This document shows positions 1 through 11,001 of a stretch of DNA of 64,000 nucleotides, piece after piece. How positions within the stretch are numbered: the stretch's first letter is position 1; each line of letters begins with the position of its first letter. The stretch is from NCBI GenBank assembly GCA_964291215.2, contig OZ219791.1, positions 1,248,001-1,312,000 of the forward strand, written 5' to 3'. Source of the stretch: Alphaproteobacteria bacterium (GTDB taxonomy: Bacteria; Pseudomonadota; Alphaproteobacteria; MPNO01; UBA830). Under the pieces are notes generated by a model. That model was not told the DNA's origin. It searched no databases and worked only from the letters and a program-made list of their open reading frames with translations. The translations under genes were made by a program, and so were the position numbers.

Positions 1-891
1 GCAACTGCGCCGAAAGCCCGCGCCGCGCCAGCGTGGGGCAATCATTGCGCTTCTGCTTCGAACGCCCGAAGCGGGGGAGCTTGCCGTCGGCGCGGCCGTG
101 AACAGGTCGTAAAAGGCGATGGTGTCGGGGATGCAGCGCGCGCTCACGGTTGAACAGCTCCTTCCGGATGGCGGCCCGGTGACGCAGGTCGCCGATGCGG
201 TACAGCGTCTTGCGCGACTTGCCCTCCGGAAGCTCCGCGCTGTCATCGCGCAGCCGGCGCTCGCTGGCGGATCATCCTGGCGACGATCAGCGCACTCGCG
301 GCCCGTGAAGCCGAGATCGTGAAGCCGAGATCGCGCCTCGAGGCACAGGCAGCCGACCGAACGCGGGTTCTCGAGGCTGTCGAGGTTGACGGTCGCAATT
401 TGCGTGCGTCTTCCTCTGGAGCGTCGGCGCGGAACCTCCGGGCCCTTGTTGACGATGTCCTCGGCTGCGGCCTGCACGCGGCTTCGAACAGCGGCGGGCG
501 GCCGTGGAGCAGCGCTTCGGCGGCAACCTCCTTTCAGTTCTTGCGCGCCACCGGACAGTCGGTGCCGAGGCAGCGTGCGCTGCCTGACCTTGTCGCCGAT
601 GCGTTGAGAAAGCACAAGCCGGTGGACGGGTTTGTCGTCTGCGGTGCTGCGGGTTTTGGTTGCCCTGATGAACATGTTGTCTGGAGCCTTTTGTGTTGAC
701 GAGGCTCCGGATATACCGGGTTTGGCGGCGGGGTCGAGCGAATTCGGCAATATTCTGGCACTACGCCGACCATCCCGGACAGAAAATCGCAAATATAGTG
801 GAAATCCGCACACTGTACACCAACAAATAGTATCTCGGCAGGGCTGCTGCATAAATTTCCCCTTCAACTGACGCAAAAAGTGCCAACTCGG
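1..891 (-). mobile_element. IS1634-family transposase remnant including its left end, truncated by window edge
   Basis: Minus-strand fragments MFIRATKT..HRLVLSQRIGDKVRQRTL, VNLDSLENPRSVG, IAFYDL and FGRSKQKRNDCP in shifting frames. About 620-890 is an inverted homologue of 37182-37425. Confidence 0.7.
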
Positions 892-948
892 GGTCGGGCT
901 GGGGCGGATACCACGCCCGCCCGCGCGACGGATCGCGACCCGTCGCCG

Positions 949-1791
949 TCAGCCTTTGGCGCCCCGCAGACCCAGCAGCTTGCGCACCCGCTTTTCGAGA
1001 TCGGGGTCGGGTTCCTGCGGCGTCAGGTCAACATTCTGTGACAGGCTGTCGACGATCCGGCCGAACGCCGCAAGACGGGCGTATTTCTTGTCATTGGCTG
1101 GAATGACGGTCCATGGGCACGCGACGGTCGATGTTTTGGCGAACATCTCCTCGATCGCCTCTTCGTAGTCCTTGAAGCGCCTCCTGTTGCGAAGATCTTC
1201 CGCCGAGAGCTTCCAGCGCTTGAGCGGATCCCGGAACCGGGCGCGAAAGCGCTTGAGCTGTTCGTCGGGCGTGATGTGGAGGAATATCTTGACCAGTCGG
1301 ATGCCGTCATCGGACAGCATGCGTTCGAATTCGTTGATCTCCGCGTAGGCGCGTTGCCACTCGGGCTTGGTCGCATACCCCTCGACCCTTTCGACGAGGA
1401 CGCGGCCGTACCATGAGCGGTCGAAGATCGCCAGTTCGCCTAGCTGCGGCAGCCGCGTCCAGAAACGATGGAGATAGTGGTGGCCGCGGTCTTGCGGCGC
1501 CGGCGCCGCGATTGGCCACACCTTGCAGGCGCGGGGGTCAAGCGACCAGCACATCCGGCGAATGATCCCGCCCTTTCCGGCTGCGTCCCAACCCTCGAAG
1601 ACGATGATCGCCCGCCGCCGGTCCCTGTAGGCCAGGGAGATTTCAGTCAGGCGCACTTGGAGCGCGCCAAGTTCCGTCTCGTACCGGGCCTTGTCGGCCG
1701 TCAGCGTCATGTCGAGGTCGGAAAGGCTCGGTGGCTCGGGTTCGGGCTGTATCGGAGGACGATTGCTGTCGTGGTGAGTCGTTTCGTTCAT
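949..1791 (-). CDS. ppk2: Polyphosphate kinase 2 family protein (single domain)
   Basis: FEGWDAAGKGG Walker A, FDRSWYGRVLVERV, KRWKLS motifs. Start trimmed to MNETTH; the upstream ORF extension runs into a MITE. Confidence 0.92.
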   Translation of the reverse strand: MNETTHHDSNRPPIQPEPEPPSLSDLDMTLTADKARYETELGALQVRLTEISLAYRDRRRAIIVFEGWDAAGKGGIIRRMCWSLDPRACKVWPIAAPAPQDRGHHYLHRFWTRLPQLGELAIFDRSWYGRVLVERVEGYATKPEWQRAYAEINEFERMLSDDGIRLVKIFLHITPDEQLKRFRARFRDPLKRWKLSAEDLRNRRRFKDYEEAIEEMFAKTSTVACPWTVIPANDKKYARLAAFGRIVDSLSQNVDLTPQEPDPDLEKRVRKLLGLRGAKG

Positions 1792-2056
1792 GTTGGGTCT
1801 TTCGTCGCTGGCTGGGAAGGGAACTGTCGCGAACGCTTCCGGATGCTGCCACAGGACGCATCTTTCGCGGCGGCGCTCTGTTTGCGCAGCACTTAGTTCA
1901 TCACCATACCAGATGGCCGCGGTGTCTTCCGGCCGTCCGCATCGGGCCCCGGCCAGGCGGGCGCGGTGGGCAACGAATCGGGATTTCGATACCGGCGCGG
2001 CGCCGGCGGGGCGCTCCCCCTCGGCGCAAGCCTGCCGATCGCGGCATAGTGGACCG

Positions 2057-2250
2057 CAGGACTTTCCCACGCTGCATTCGATCTTGCTGACTGCTGATGG
2101 AGGGAGGTTGAACAGGCCCAACCCTGTCGGGTCTTCTGACCGCGGGGCTGTCCACGGGTCGCCGCAGCCGGAAAACCTGGCAAGAATGCGGAAATTTGTG
2201 CCCCGTTCAGCGATCATTCAAAACACCAACCACAGCGTGGGAAAGTCCTG
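2057..2250. mobile_element. MITE family A, copy 1 (194 bp)
   Basis: Perfect 18-bp TIR CAGGACTTTCCCACGCTG / CAGCGTGGGAAAGTCCTG. Flanks AGTGGACCG / AGTGAACCG (9-bp TSD, 1 mismatch). Near-identical to 51664-51858. Confidence 0.9.
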
Positions 2251-2468
2251 AGTGAACCGTGTTCCGCCTTGAACGGCCGGCGCCGTCCCGATAGTATGAT
2301 CCCGTAGCGGATTTCCGCCGCTTCGGTTGGAAGGGTGCGGGAACCTGGCAGAGCCTCGGGATTCGCGTGCCCGACCGCAAGCGGCCTCCGGACGGGTCGT
2401 ACGGGAGGCCAAGCGGTTCCGGTGGCGTCGAACCGGGACTTAATCTACAGAATTTCTGGCGCCCTCGA

Positions 2469-4688
2469 ATGACTGAAACCCCTGTTCTGAGCGACCAGCC
2501 GGACGCGACCGCCACGGCCGCCGAGGGGGGCGCAGAGAGCATCCCGGCAGCGCACAGCCTCGAGTTCGGAGCCTCTTCGGAAGCGCCCGGAGAACGCTAC
2601 CTCAATCGCGAACTGTCGTGGCTTGCTTTCAACTGGCGGGTTCTCGGGGAGGCCGACAACCGGCGCCATCCGCTGCTTGAACGCCTGCGTTTCCTGTCGA
2701 TCTCGGCCAGCAATCTCGACGAGTTCTTCATGGTGCGGCTCGCCGGTCTCAGGGGCCAGGTAAACGCCGACATCACGCTGCCCAGCCTCGACGACCGCAC
2801 GCCGCTCGAACAGCTGACCGAGGCGTCGGCGGACGGCGCAAGGCTCATGGACGAGCAGGAAGCGGTATGGCAGCGACTGCGCGTCGAACTCGTCGCTTCG
2901 GGTATCTCTCTGGTTGCGGCGGCCGACCTCAAACCCGGCGATGTGGACTGGCTCGGCAACTACTTCCTCGAACAGGTGTTTCCGGTGCTCACGCCGCTCG
3001 CCATCGACCCTGCGCACCCCTTTCCGTTTATCGCTAACAGGGGTTTCTCCCTGGCTCTCGAACTGGAAAGCGTCGTCGGCGGCAGGCAGATGCTCGCCCT
3101 GGTGCCGCTGCCACTGCAGGCGCGGAGATTTACCCGCCTGCCCGGTGACGGCATCCGCTTCATCGCCCTTGAGAACCTCGTCGAACTGTTCATCGACCGG
3201 CTGTTTCCCGGTTTCCGCATCGTCGAAAGCGGCACGTTCCGCCTGATCCGCGACAGCGACATCGAGTATGAGGAGGAGGCCGAAGACCTCGTCGCGCTCT
3301 TCGAGACCATGCTCCGCCAGCGCCGACGCGGAGGTGTCGTGCGGTTCATGCTCAGCGCCGACATGCCTGCCTCGCTCCGCGACCTCGTGATCGCCGAGGT
3401 CAAGGCCTCGCCAGAGGACATCGTCGAGGTGTCGGGCATGCTCGGCAAGGAACAGCTCAAGGAGATGATCGACTGCGATCGTTCCGATCTCGTCTTTCCC
3501 GCCTATGGGGCGCGTTTCCCCGAGCGCATCCGGGAGTTCGACAATGACTGTTTCGCTGCCATCCGGCGCAAGGACATCGTCGTCCACCACCCCTATGAGA
3601 GCTTCGACGTGGTCGTCCAGTTCCTCGAGCAGGCTGCGGCCGACCCCGAGGTGCTGGCAATCAAGCAGACGCTCTACCGCACCACGGCCGAGTCGCCGAT
3701 CGTCAGGGCGCTGATCGCTGCTGCTGAATCGGGCAAGACGGTCACAGCGCTGGTCGAACTCAAGGCCCGTTTCGATGAGGAGACCAATCTCGAACTGTCG
3801 CGTTCCCTCGAGCGCGCCGGGGTGCATGTCGTCTACGGCTTCATGAACCTCAAGACCCATGCCAAGGTCACCTGTGTGGTGCGCCGCGAGAGCGGCAAGC
3901 TGGTGACCTATGCCCATTTCGGGACCGGCAACTACCACCCGCTGACGGCGCGCGTCTATACCGACCTGTCGTTCTTTACCTGCGACCAGCGCTACGGACG
4001 GGACGTGGCGCGGCTGTTCAATTTCACCACCGGCTATGCCGTTCCGGATTCCTTCGAGTGCCTCTCGGTTGCACCGTTCGGGCTGCGCAAGTCGCTCATC
4101 GAGCTGATCGAAACTGAAATTGCCAATGCGCGGGCAGGGCGGCCGGCAGCGATCTGGGCCAAGATGAACTCGCTTGTCGACGGTCCGATCATCGACAAGC
4201 TGTACGAGGCGAGCGCAGCCGGGGTCGAGATCGAGCTCGTGGTGCGCGGCATATGCTGCCTGCGTCCCGGCGTGTCCGGCCTCTCCGAGAACATCCGTGT
4301 CAAGAGCATCATCGGACGTTTTCTCGAGCATTCGCGCATTGTCTGCTTCGCCAACGGCCACAAGCTGCCGTCGCCGAAGGCCAGGGTGTTCATCACCTCT
4401 GCCGACTGGATGCCGCGCAATTTCGACCGGCGCTGCGAGGTGCTGGTGCCGATCGAGAACGAGACCGTGCACCGCCAGATCCTCGACCAGATCATGGTCG
4501 CAAATCTGAAGGACGATCTGCAGAGTTCGAGGATGCTTCCAGACGGCAGCTACGAGCGGCTGGTTGCGGGCGACGACGGCTTTGCTGCCCATACGTATTT
4601 TATGACCAATCCAAGCCTGTCGGGCCGTGGCAGTGCGCTTCGTCGCTTGGGTGGACCGGCGAGGCTGCGGATTGCCGAAGACGGCTGA
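2469..4688 (+). CDS. ppk1: Polyphosphate kinase 1
   Basis: [57 protein letters not shown] motifs. Confidence 0.97.
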   Translation: MTETPVLSDQPDATATAAEGGAESIPAAHSLEFGASSEAPGERYLNRELSWLAFNWRVLGEADNRRHPLLERLRFLSISASNLDEFFMVRLAGLRGQVNADITLPSLDDRTPLEQLTEASADGARLMDEQEAVWQRLRVELVASGISLVAAADLKPGDVDWLGNYFLEQVFPVLTPLAIDPAHPFPFIANRGFSLALELESVVGGRQMLALVPLPLQARRFTRLPGDGIRFIALENLVELFIDRLFPGFRIVESGTFRLIRDSDIEYEEEAEDLVALFETMLRQRRRGGVVRFMLSADMPASLRDLVIAEVKASPEDIVEVSGMLGKEQLKEMIDCDRSDLVFPAYGARFPERIREFDNDCFAAIRRKDIVVHHPYESFDVVVQFLEQAAADPEVLAIKQTLYRTTAESPIVRALIAAAESGKTVTALVELKARFDEETNLELSRSLERAGVHVVYGFMNLKTHAKVTCVVRRESGKLVTYAHFGTGNYHPLTARVYTDLSFFTCDQRYGRDVARLFNFTTGYAVPDSFECLSVAPFGLRKSLIELIETEIANARAGRPAAIWAKMNSLVDGPIIDKLYEASAAGVEIELVVRGICCLRPGVSGLSENIRVKSIIGRFLEHSRIVCFANGHKLPSPKARVFITSADWMPRNFDRRCEVLVPIENETVHRQILDQIMVANLKDDLQSSRMLPDGSYERLVAGDDGFAAHTYFMTNPSLSGRGSALRRLGGPARLRIAEDG

Positions 4689-6210
4689 ACACCGGTTCCG
4701 GGACGCTGCTGATTCGGCCACCCGGATCGACGATCTCGCACACGCACCTTTCGGGGTGGTCGATATCGGCTCCAACTCCGTTCGGCTGGTGGTGTTCGAC
4801 GGCCTCCGCCGCTCGCCCCTGCCGCTGTTCAACGAAACGGTCATGTGCGGCCTTGGTTTCGGCCTCGGCGAAAGCGGCCGGCTTCACCCCGAGGGAGTTG
4901 ACCGGGCGCTCCGGAGCCTGGAGCGGTTCGTCGCGCTTCTCGCGGCGATGGGCGTCGATTCGGTCGATGTCGTCGCGACCGCCGCGGTTCGCAATGCCGA
5001 GGACCGCGGCGCGTTCCTGGAGGCCGTGCGGCGCAGGTGCGGGCTGGAGGTGCGCGTGCTGTCGGGCGCGGAAGAAGCGGAGCATGCCGCGCTTGGCGTG
5101 CTGAGCGGCATGCCCTCGGCCAACGGCCTCATGGGCGATCTCGGCGGCGGCAGCTTGGAACTGGTACGCTTGGTCGACGGCGCCATCGGCGAACAGACGA
5201 CCCTGCCGCTCGGCCCGCTGAGCCTCATGGCGGCTGCGGGCGGGTCGAGGGATCTCGCAAACGGGATGGTCGAGGAGGCTCTCGCCCCGATTCCCTGGCT
5301 CGCGGACGCGCGCGGCGCCTCGCTCTACGCGATCGGCGGCAGTTGGCGGGCCCTGGCGCGCGCGCACATGGCGTACAACGATTATCCGCTGAGCGTCATC
5401 GATCACTATCGCGTTCCCTGCCCGACTCTTTCGAACATGGTCGGACTGCTCGCGACCCAGAGCACGGAGGCCCTTTCCAGGCTGGAGCATGTACCGCAAC
5501 GACGTATCGATCTGCTGCCGCTTTCAGCCGTGGTCATGGGCGCATTGCTTGAAGCGGTGCAGCCGCACGATGTCGTGTTTTCCGCGTCGGGCCTCCGCGA
5601 GGGGCTGGCTCATGCGCGACTGCCGCCCGGCCGGCGGACACGTGATCCTCTTATCAGCGCGTGCGAGGATATCGCCCGGCGTGCGGCGAGGTTCCCTGCG
5701 CACCCCCGCGAACTGACAAGCTGGACGCGGCACCTGTTCCCCGGAGAAGATGTCGGAGAACGGCGGCTTCGCCAAGCTGCCTGCCTGCTCAGCGACATCG
5801 GCTGGCGCGTACACCCGGACTACCGCGCCGACCATGCTCGCGCCGAGGTCCTGCGCGCTCCAGGGCTGCACGCGACGCACGAGGAACGCGCTTTCCTGGC
5901 TGCAGCGGTATGCGCCCGCTATACGAGCGGAACCAGGGCATTCGCGGATCTTCAGCGGCTGCTCTCGGCGGATCAGATCAGGCGGGCGCGCACAATTGGC
6001 GCGGCCGTGCGCCTCGGCGAGACGCTTTCCGGCGGTGTGCCCGGCATCATCGACCGGTTTTCCCTGTGTGCGCACAAGCGCAAGCCCGGCCTGCGCCTGC
6101 GCTACGGTTCGGCGGACCGGGCGATGGTCGGCGAGGTCGTGATGCGGCGATTCGAGGTGCTGGCGAAGCTTATGGGACGCGAGCCGAAACTGTGGTGCGC
6201 CGACAGCTAG
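4672..6210 (+). CDS. ppx: Exopolyphosphatase Ppx/GppA
   Basis: [30 protein letters not shown] motifs and C-terminal HD-like region. TTG start is approximate. Confidence 0.93.
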   Translation: MPKTAEHRFRDAADSATRIDDLAHAPFGVVDIGSNSVRLVVFDGLRRSPLPLFNETVMCGLGFGLGESGRLHPEGVDRALRSLERFVALLAAMGVDSVDVVATAAVRNAEDRGAFLEAVRRRCGLEVRVLSGAEEAEHAALGVLSGMPSANGLMGDLGGGSLELVRLVDGAIGEQTTLPLGPLSLMAAAGGSRDLANGMVEEALAPIPWLADARGASLYAIGGSWRALARAHMAYNDYPLSVIDHYRVPCPTLSNMVGLLATQSTEALSRLEHVPQRRIDLLPLSAVVMGALLEAVQPHDVVFSASGLREGLAHARLPPGRRTRDPLISACEDIARRAARFPAHPRELTSWTRHLFPGEDVGERRLRQAACLLSDIGWRVHPDYRADHARAEVLRAPGLHATHEERAFLAAAVCARYTSGTRAFADLQRLLSADQIRRARTIGAAVRLGETLSGGVPGIIDRFSLCAHKRKPGLRLRYGSADRAMVGEVVMRRFEVLAKLMGREPKLWCADS

Positions 6211-6276
6211 AGCCTGCGCCGCGCAGGCGGCGGCCCGGTTTCCGAAACGTACCCCGAGCTTGGGCCGAAGGATTGA

Positions 6277-6362
6277 TGGTGCGGGCGGTCGGGCTCGAAC
6301 CGACACTCCTGAAAGGAACGGGTTTTTGAGACCCGCGCGTCTACCAATTCCGCCACGCCCGC
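6277..6362 (-). tRNA. tRNA-Leu(CAA)
   Basis: Reverse complement GCGGGCGTGGCGGAATTGGTAGACGCG-CGGGT-CTCAAAA-ACCCG...GGTTCGAGCCC...CCCGCACCA, with long variable arm and encoded CCA. Confidence 0.96.
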
Positions 6363-6479
6363 GCACCGGGAGGGGTACTCCAACCGCAAGGCGCCGGTCA
6401 AGTCCGGGTCGGCGGGCATGCATGTCCCGACTCGGACGCTCTTTCCCTGACGGTCATTCGCGCCGGCGACGGCGGGGAG

Positions 6480-7679
6480 TTACAGGATGTCGGTTCCGGG
6501 GTCCAGCCCCAGGAGCGTCCGACCGTAGATCTCCGTGTCCGGCGTGAAACGAAGAAGGGCGTGCTGACTCATGGCGTAAACGTCCCGCCAGGCCCGCTGG
6601 ACCGGGTTGCGCTCCGCAAGTCCGGCACCGCCGCTCGCGAGGAACAACTCGTCGATTGCATCCCGGCACAGCCTGACCGCGTACGCGCAATCCATGCGTG
6701 CCCGGGCGCGCCTTTTCCTCGTCATGCGTCCTTCGCGTCCTGCGGCCTCGTGAATGTCGTCGGCTGCCCGGCGGACGAGGGTGCGCGCTGTGTCGACGCC
6801 GGCGGCTGCGGTGGCGACGGCCTGGTGGGTCAACGGACTCTCGATCTCTGCCGCGCCGCGCCGGTGGCGGTCCGTCCGGTTGGACACATGGTTCGCGAAA
6901 TCGGCGATGGCGCTTCCGGTGATGCCGACGGCGGGTGCGCACAGCGCGAGCGCCAGGCAGGGGGCGAGCGGCGCCCGGTAGAGGTCGCTGCGGTGAAGAT
7001 TGCTGCCCGGGCTGCGGCCCAGCGCTGCGTCGCGGAACCGAAGGACGCGCCGCGCCGGCACCGAAATCGCCTCGCCGCCGAGGCTGCAACTTCCTGTGCC
7101 GCGCAGCCCGGCAACGTGCCAGTCGTCATGAAGGGTCACGTCGGCGATTGGCACCGCGAAGCAGGCCTCGTCTCCGGCTCCGCCGTCCGAGTCCGGTATC
7201 CGTGCGCCGAGTATTGCCCAATCCGCATGTTCGGAACCGGACGCGAACGGCCACAAGCCTTCAAGGACGTAGCCATCGCCCTGTCTACGGGCAGTGCCGC
7301 GCGGATCGAGAACGGCGGCCACTAGCGTGTCCGGATCGGCACCGTAGATTTCGTCCTGCACGTCTCTTGCGAACAGGCCGGCGAGCCATGAATTGATGTG
7401 GAAAACCCCGAGGCACCATCCTGTCGACCCGCATCCCCGCGACACTTCCTCGACCGCGTCGAGATGGGCGTGATAGTCGAGTTCCAGGCCGCCGCAGCGC
7501 GCCGGCTGCAGGATCCTCGCCAGCCCCGACGCCTTGAGGTCAGCTATCGTCTCCACGGGGAGCCGCCGTTCGCGTTCCGTTGCGAGGGCGCGCCCGCGCG
7601 CCGCCTCCGCGAGGCTGCGCGCGGTATCCATCAGGCCGGAAGTCTCCGGCGACTTGGCTGTCGCTGTCCGGGAATCCAT
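6480..7679 (-). CDS. Acyl-CoA dehydrogenase-fold flavin-dependent monooxygenase (HsaA/C2-HpaH-like)
   Basis: ERERRLP, GCGSTGW, W.FASG..HADW, DDWHVAGLRGTGS, QRAWRD motifs. Confidence 0.85.
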   Translation of the reverse strand: MDSRTATAKSPETSGLMDTARSLAEAARGRALATERERRLPVETIADLKASGLARILQPARCGGLELDYHAHLDAVEEVSRGCGSTGWCLGVFHINSWLAGLFARDVQDEIYGADPDTLVAAVLDPRGTARRQGDGYVLEGLWPFASGSEHADWAILGARIPDSDGGAGDEACFAVPIADVTLHDDWHVAGLRGTGSCSLGGEAISVPARRVLRFRDAALGRSPGSNLHRSDLYRAPLAPCLALALCAPAVGITGSAIADFANHVSNRTDRHRRGAAEIESPLTHQAVATAAAGVDTARTLVRRAADDIHEAAGREGRMTRKRRARARMDCAYAVRLCRDAIDELFLASGGAGLAERNPVQRAWRDVYAMSQHALLRFTPDTEIYGRTLLGLDPGTDIL

Positions 7680-7734
7680 CGCGGCAATATAGCGGCGCCG
7701 ACATTTCCGTAAAACAGCGGTGCCGAAGGCGCCA

Positions 7735-7760
7735 ATACTCTCCCACGCTGTGGTTGGTGT
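7735..7760 (-). repeat. Isolated terminal fragment of MITE family A / ISAs1-like element
   Basis: CTCTCCCACGCTGTGGTTGGTGT is close to the reverse complement of the MITE end ACACCAACCACAGCGTGGGAAAG. Confidence 0.7.
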
Positions 7761-8453
7761 GTAACTGCTTACCGCTGCTGGTCATGGATTGCCGTTCCTG
7801 ACGGCGTTCGGGGTCAAGCATCTTTTCTCGTCCCCTTCCCTCGCTGATTGCCGGAAACCGGAGGTGCGGGTTCCGATGGGCAAGAACCGTTCCGGTCTTC
7901 GGCCGGTCTTGCTTTCCGGCCGGTGTCGCCGGGTCTGCAATGCGGTACCGAGCCCGCGGCGCGGGTTCCATCGTGCCGGCTGAGGAATCCGGCGGTGCAG
8001 CTTCAGATATCCTGGCCTCTGGAGAATTGGCAGGCAAGGCCCTCCGGCGGCCGTTCAGGCGGGCTTCGGAGGCAGTTCGTAGACCATGCGGAGCTCGGTT
8101 CCGAGAACGCAGGTGCCGGTTTCGTTGAGTTCCTTCAGCAGCCCTGCGATGGCGGCGTTGCAGGCGGATCCGGGGATGCGCACCCGGAGGATCCCCGGTT
8201 CAGGTTCGGGGAGGATGTCGGCGTCGGCCTGCAGGAGGGCGCGGAGGGGTTTTCGCGGGCGCGGTTTCCTGCCCTGCTCCTTCGCCACGGCCGCCATCGT
8301 CCGGGTTTCGGCGCGGTAGGCGATCATGCGCAGGATGTCGAGCCGGTGCTTCTCCCGGAACGGAAGAGCATCGAGGGCCAGATCGGCGGCGAGTTCCCGG
8401 ATGCGAACGCCGTCAGGAAAGGCGGCCAATGATCAGCAGGGGCGAGCAGTTAC
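7761..8453. mobile_element. IS66-type non-autonomous shell (GTAA termini)
   Basis: GTAACTGCTTACCGCTGCTGGTCAT versus reverse complement of 8429-8453 (GTAACTGCTCGCCCCTGCTGATCAT), 21/25 identical. No TSD seen. Confidence 0.6.
8055..8429 (-). pseudogene. C-terminal fragment of an unclassified large transposase
   Basis: DILRMIAYRAET..ADILPEP..ILRVRI..LLKELNET..GTELRMVY. Nearby TCAGATATCCTGGCCTC (about 8003) resembles the TIR at 36706. Confidence 0.6.
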
Positions 8454-8551
8454 TGGAGGCGTTCATAAACGCCGATCCCGGCTTCAAGCGGGCGCGCAAA
8501 GCTCTGGGCGACGCCCGTTCATCGTCAACCCAACCGAAGGAGAGTTGAGCA

Positions 8552-8860
8552 ATGGCCACGATTGACAACTTCACCGCCGGCAAGGACGGCTATGTCGAAA
8601 AGATCCGGACCCTGACGGTCAACGTCAAGGCGAAGATCGTCGCCAATGACCAGAAAAAGAGCGAAGGCGCGCCGGACTTTCGCGTCTACGCTGGCCGCGC
8701 CGAACTTGGCGCCGCCTGGTAGGCTAGGACCAATAGCGAGGAGCCCCGGGACTATCTCAGCGTCTAGCTAGACGACCCGAGCTTCACCGAGCCCATCCGG
8801 GCGGCTCTCTTCGAGGAGGACGGGGCGGCGTTCCTGGTCTGGAATAAGCGGGAAGGGCAG
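8552..8860 (+). pseudogene. DUF736 family protein with two in-frame TAG stops
   Basis: MATIDNFT..IRTLTVNVKA..APDFRVYAGRAELGAAW*..YLSV*LDDPSF..PIRAAL. GAAGGAG RBS upstream. TAG at 8720 and 8765. Confidence 0.8.
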
Positions 8861-8899
8861 GATTTTTCTTGCCTGAATCTCCATTATTGGTGTAACAAA

Positions 8900-9500
8900 A
8901 CTTTGGAAATTAAAAGAAAATATCGACGGTTTTTTACATGGGCGCTATCCATAAAGGATTACGCAACCTGATGTCTGGAAATTGTCGTGAATCTGATCGA
9001 GCTGTTCCCATTTGATCTTGGTTTCGGTTTCCCATTTTTCGTCGATGAGGACTGCGGTTGAGAGACGCTCCAACGAGGCGATGTTCGGAAAGACCCTGAC
9101 TTTGGAGGTGCGCCGCTTGAGCTCTTGCCGGATCGGTCGCTCGATGCCGTTCGAGGTTCGCATACGTTTGTGGTGAGCATCGGGCAAGGTGAAGACAGCG
9201 AGCCCCGCATTGTTTTCCAGCTAGGAAGCCTGGATGCTTGTCGCGATAGCTGGCCACGAGGGCGCCCAGTTCAGCCTCGGCGGTTTGGAGTGAGGAGGCG
9301 TGGCTCCGAGCTGTTTTCCGATACGTTTCCTGATGTCGTTGTTCGGTGCACGGCGTTTTGTGCCAGGTGGAACTGGCAGCGCTGCCATGTCGCCGCGCCT
9401 TGCACCGTGCCGCTTTCAGCCCGGCATCCGAGACGATGAAAATCGTCCTATGCAGGCCACGGGCTTGCAAGCTTTCCAGGAAGGCTCTTTACAGTACCTT
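8900..9500 (-). mobile_element. IS256-family transposase remnant
   Basis: QARGL..IVSDAGLKAAR and HKRMRTSNGIERPIRQELKRRTSKVRVFPN fragments in different frames. Confidence 0.8.
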
Positions 9501-9506
9501 CGATAT

Positions 9507-9669
9507 ATCTTGCCGACTGCTGATGGAGGGAGATTGCACAGCCTGCCGGGTTTTCTGGCCGCGGGGCCGTCCACGGGTTGCCGCAGCCGGAAAACCTGGC
9601 AAGAATGCGGAAATTTGTGCCCCGTTTAGCGGTCATTCAATACATCAACCACAGCGTGAGAAAGTCCTG
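9507..9669. mobile_element. MITE family A, copy 2 (left end lost)
   Basis: ATCTTGCCGACTGCTGATGGAGGGAG...GCAAGAATGCGGAAATTTGTGCCCCG...CAGCGTGAGAAAGTCCTG matches copies 1 and 3. Confidence 0.85.
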
Positions 9670-9902
9670 GGATTCGCCACCGTGGCGGTTCAGGAATCGC
9701 GGTCCTGATTCCTCCGTGGGCGCATGTGCGGCCGCCGTGGGCGTCGCGAGAAAGCTGGAGGGCTGAGAGATCTTCCATCTGTGGAAACAATCCGTCGGGC
9801 CGGGACAGGTCACCGATGGACTCCCGACATCGCCATGTTTGCCCATATCCCGCGAATCCGACAAACTCCCGATTCCAGCTATCGCCGCTGCAAGAAACCG
9901 TC

Positions 9903-10484
9903 ATGTTGAGACGCCTCTATGATCGGACGATCGACCTTGCCGCCCATCGCCGCGCGATATGGGTGCTTGCTGCGGTCGCGTTCACGGAGAGTTTCGTCTT
10001 TCCGGTGCCTCCCGATGTCCTGCTGATTCCGATGGTGCTCGCGGCGCGGCGCGGGGCCTGGCGCATCGCGCTCGTCTGCACCGCGGCATCGGTCGCCGGC
10101 GGACTTCTCGGTTACGGAATCGGCGCCGTCCTCTATGAGGGGGTCGGCCGCCAGATCGTGGAGTTCTACGGCTACGGCCCGCAATTTGCGAACGCGTCCG
10201 GGCTCTACAACGAGTACGGTGCATGGATCGTGCTGGTTGCGGGTCTGACGCCGATCCCCTACAAGATATTCACGATCGCCAGCGGGGTGGCGGCACTCGA
10301 TCCGGCCATGTTCGTCGCCGCGTCGGTCGTCGCGCGGGGGTTGCGCTTCTTCCTGATCGCGGCACTGCTCTGCTGGATCGGGCCGCCGGTCCGGGATTTC
10401 GTCGAGCGCCGGCTGGGCTTGGTCTTCGCGCTTTTCTGCATTCTGCTGGTCGGTGGTTTCGTGATCGTCGGAGCGCTCGCATGA
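9903..10484 (+). CDS. YqaA/DedA family membrane protein
   Basis: AFTESFVFPVPPDVLLIPM, GLTPIPYKIFTI, RGLRF motifs. Confidence 0.9.
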   Translation: MLRRLYDRTIDLAAHRRAIWVLAAVAFTESFVFPVPPDVLLIPMVLAARRGAWRIALVCTAASVAGGLLGYGIGAVLYEGVGRQIVEFYGYGPQFANASGLYNEYGAWIVLVAGLTPIPYKIFTIASGVAALDPAMFVAASVVARGLRFFLIAALLCWIGPPVRDFVERRLGLVFALFCILLVGGFVIVGALA

Positions 10485-10999
10485 TGATTGCCGGCATCTA
10501 TTTCCGCGATGAGGCGGCGCCGCTTTGGGCGGGGGCCGCGTCGGCGGTCGCGCTTGCCGTCGCGCTTGGCAGCCAGTACTGGGGCGGCCTGCAGCCCTGC
10601 GAACTCTGCCTCTGGCAGCGGGTGCCGTACGGCGTGGTGATCGCCGCCGGTGTCGGGGCGCTGCTGTGGTTCCGCTCGCCGCGCGAACGCATGGCGCTGG
10701 TCTGGCTGGCGGTGCTATGCTTCGCCGCGGGGGCCGCGATCGCGCTCTACCATGTCGGAGTCGAGCTCCACTGGGTTGTCGGCCCGGCATCCTGTTCCGG
10801 CCCGGCGTTGCTCAACGATGCGCAGACGGTCGAGGAGCTTCGCCGCCTGCTTGCCGCCGCGCCCGTCGTGCGCTGCGACGAGGTCGCATGGTCGCTGTTC
10901 GGCATCTCGATGCCGGGATGGAACGCGCTGGTCTCGCTGACGCTCCTTGCCGGATGCGCTCTGGCTGGCTGGCGCCTTGCGCACGCGAAGGGGGCCTGA
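10481..10999 (+). CDS. dsbB: Disulfide bond formation protein B
   Basis: PCELCLWQR, YHVGVE, second Cys pair, FGISMPGWN. Confidence 0.88.
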   Translation: MMIAGIYFRDEAAPLWAGAASAVALAVALGSQYWGGLQPCELCLWQRVPYGVVIAAGVGALLWFRSPRERMALVWLAVLCFAAGAAIALYHVGVELHWVVGPASCSGPALLNDAQTVEELRRLLAAAPVVRCDEVAWSLFGISMPGWNALVSLTLLAGCALAGWRLAHAKGA

Positions 11000-11001
11000 C
11001 C

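Noticed and set aside
949-2217. 422-aa PPK2 with a novel N-terminus
   Set aside because: The extension starts inside the MITE; similar peptides appear at the other MITE copies.
2445-4844. Long antisense ORFs (also 14609-16687, 17925-20450, 23338-25866, 26726-28744, 32960-34756, 59067-61046)
   Set aside because: Shadow ORFs opposite well-supported genes; expected in GC-rich DNA and lacking family motifs.
6277-6362. tRNA-Leu as an island integration site
   Set aside because: No integrase or duplicated tRNA 3' end seen; its 3' side abuts ppx.
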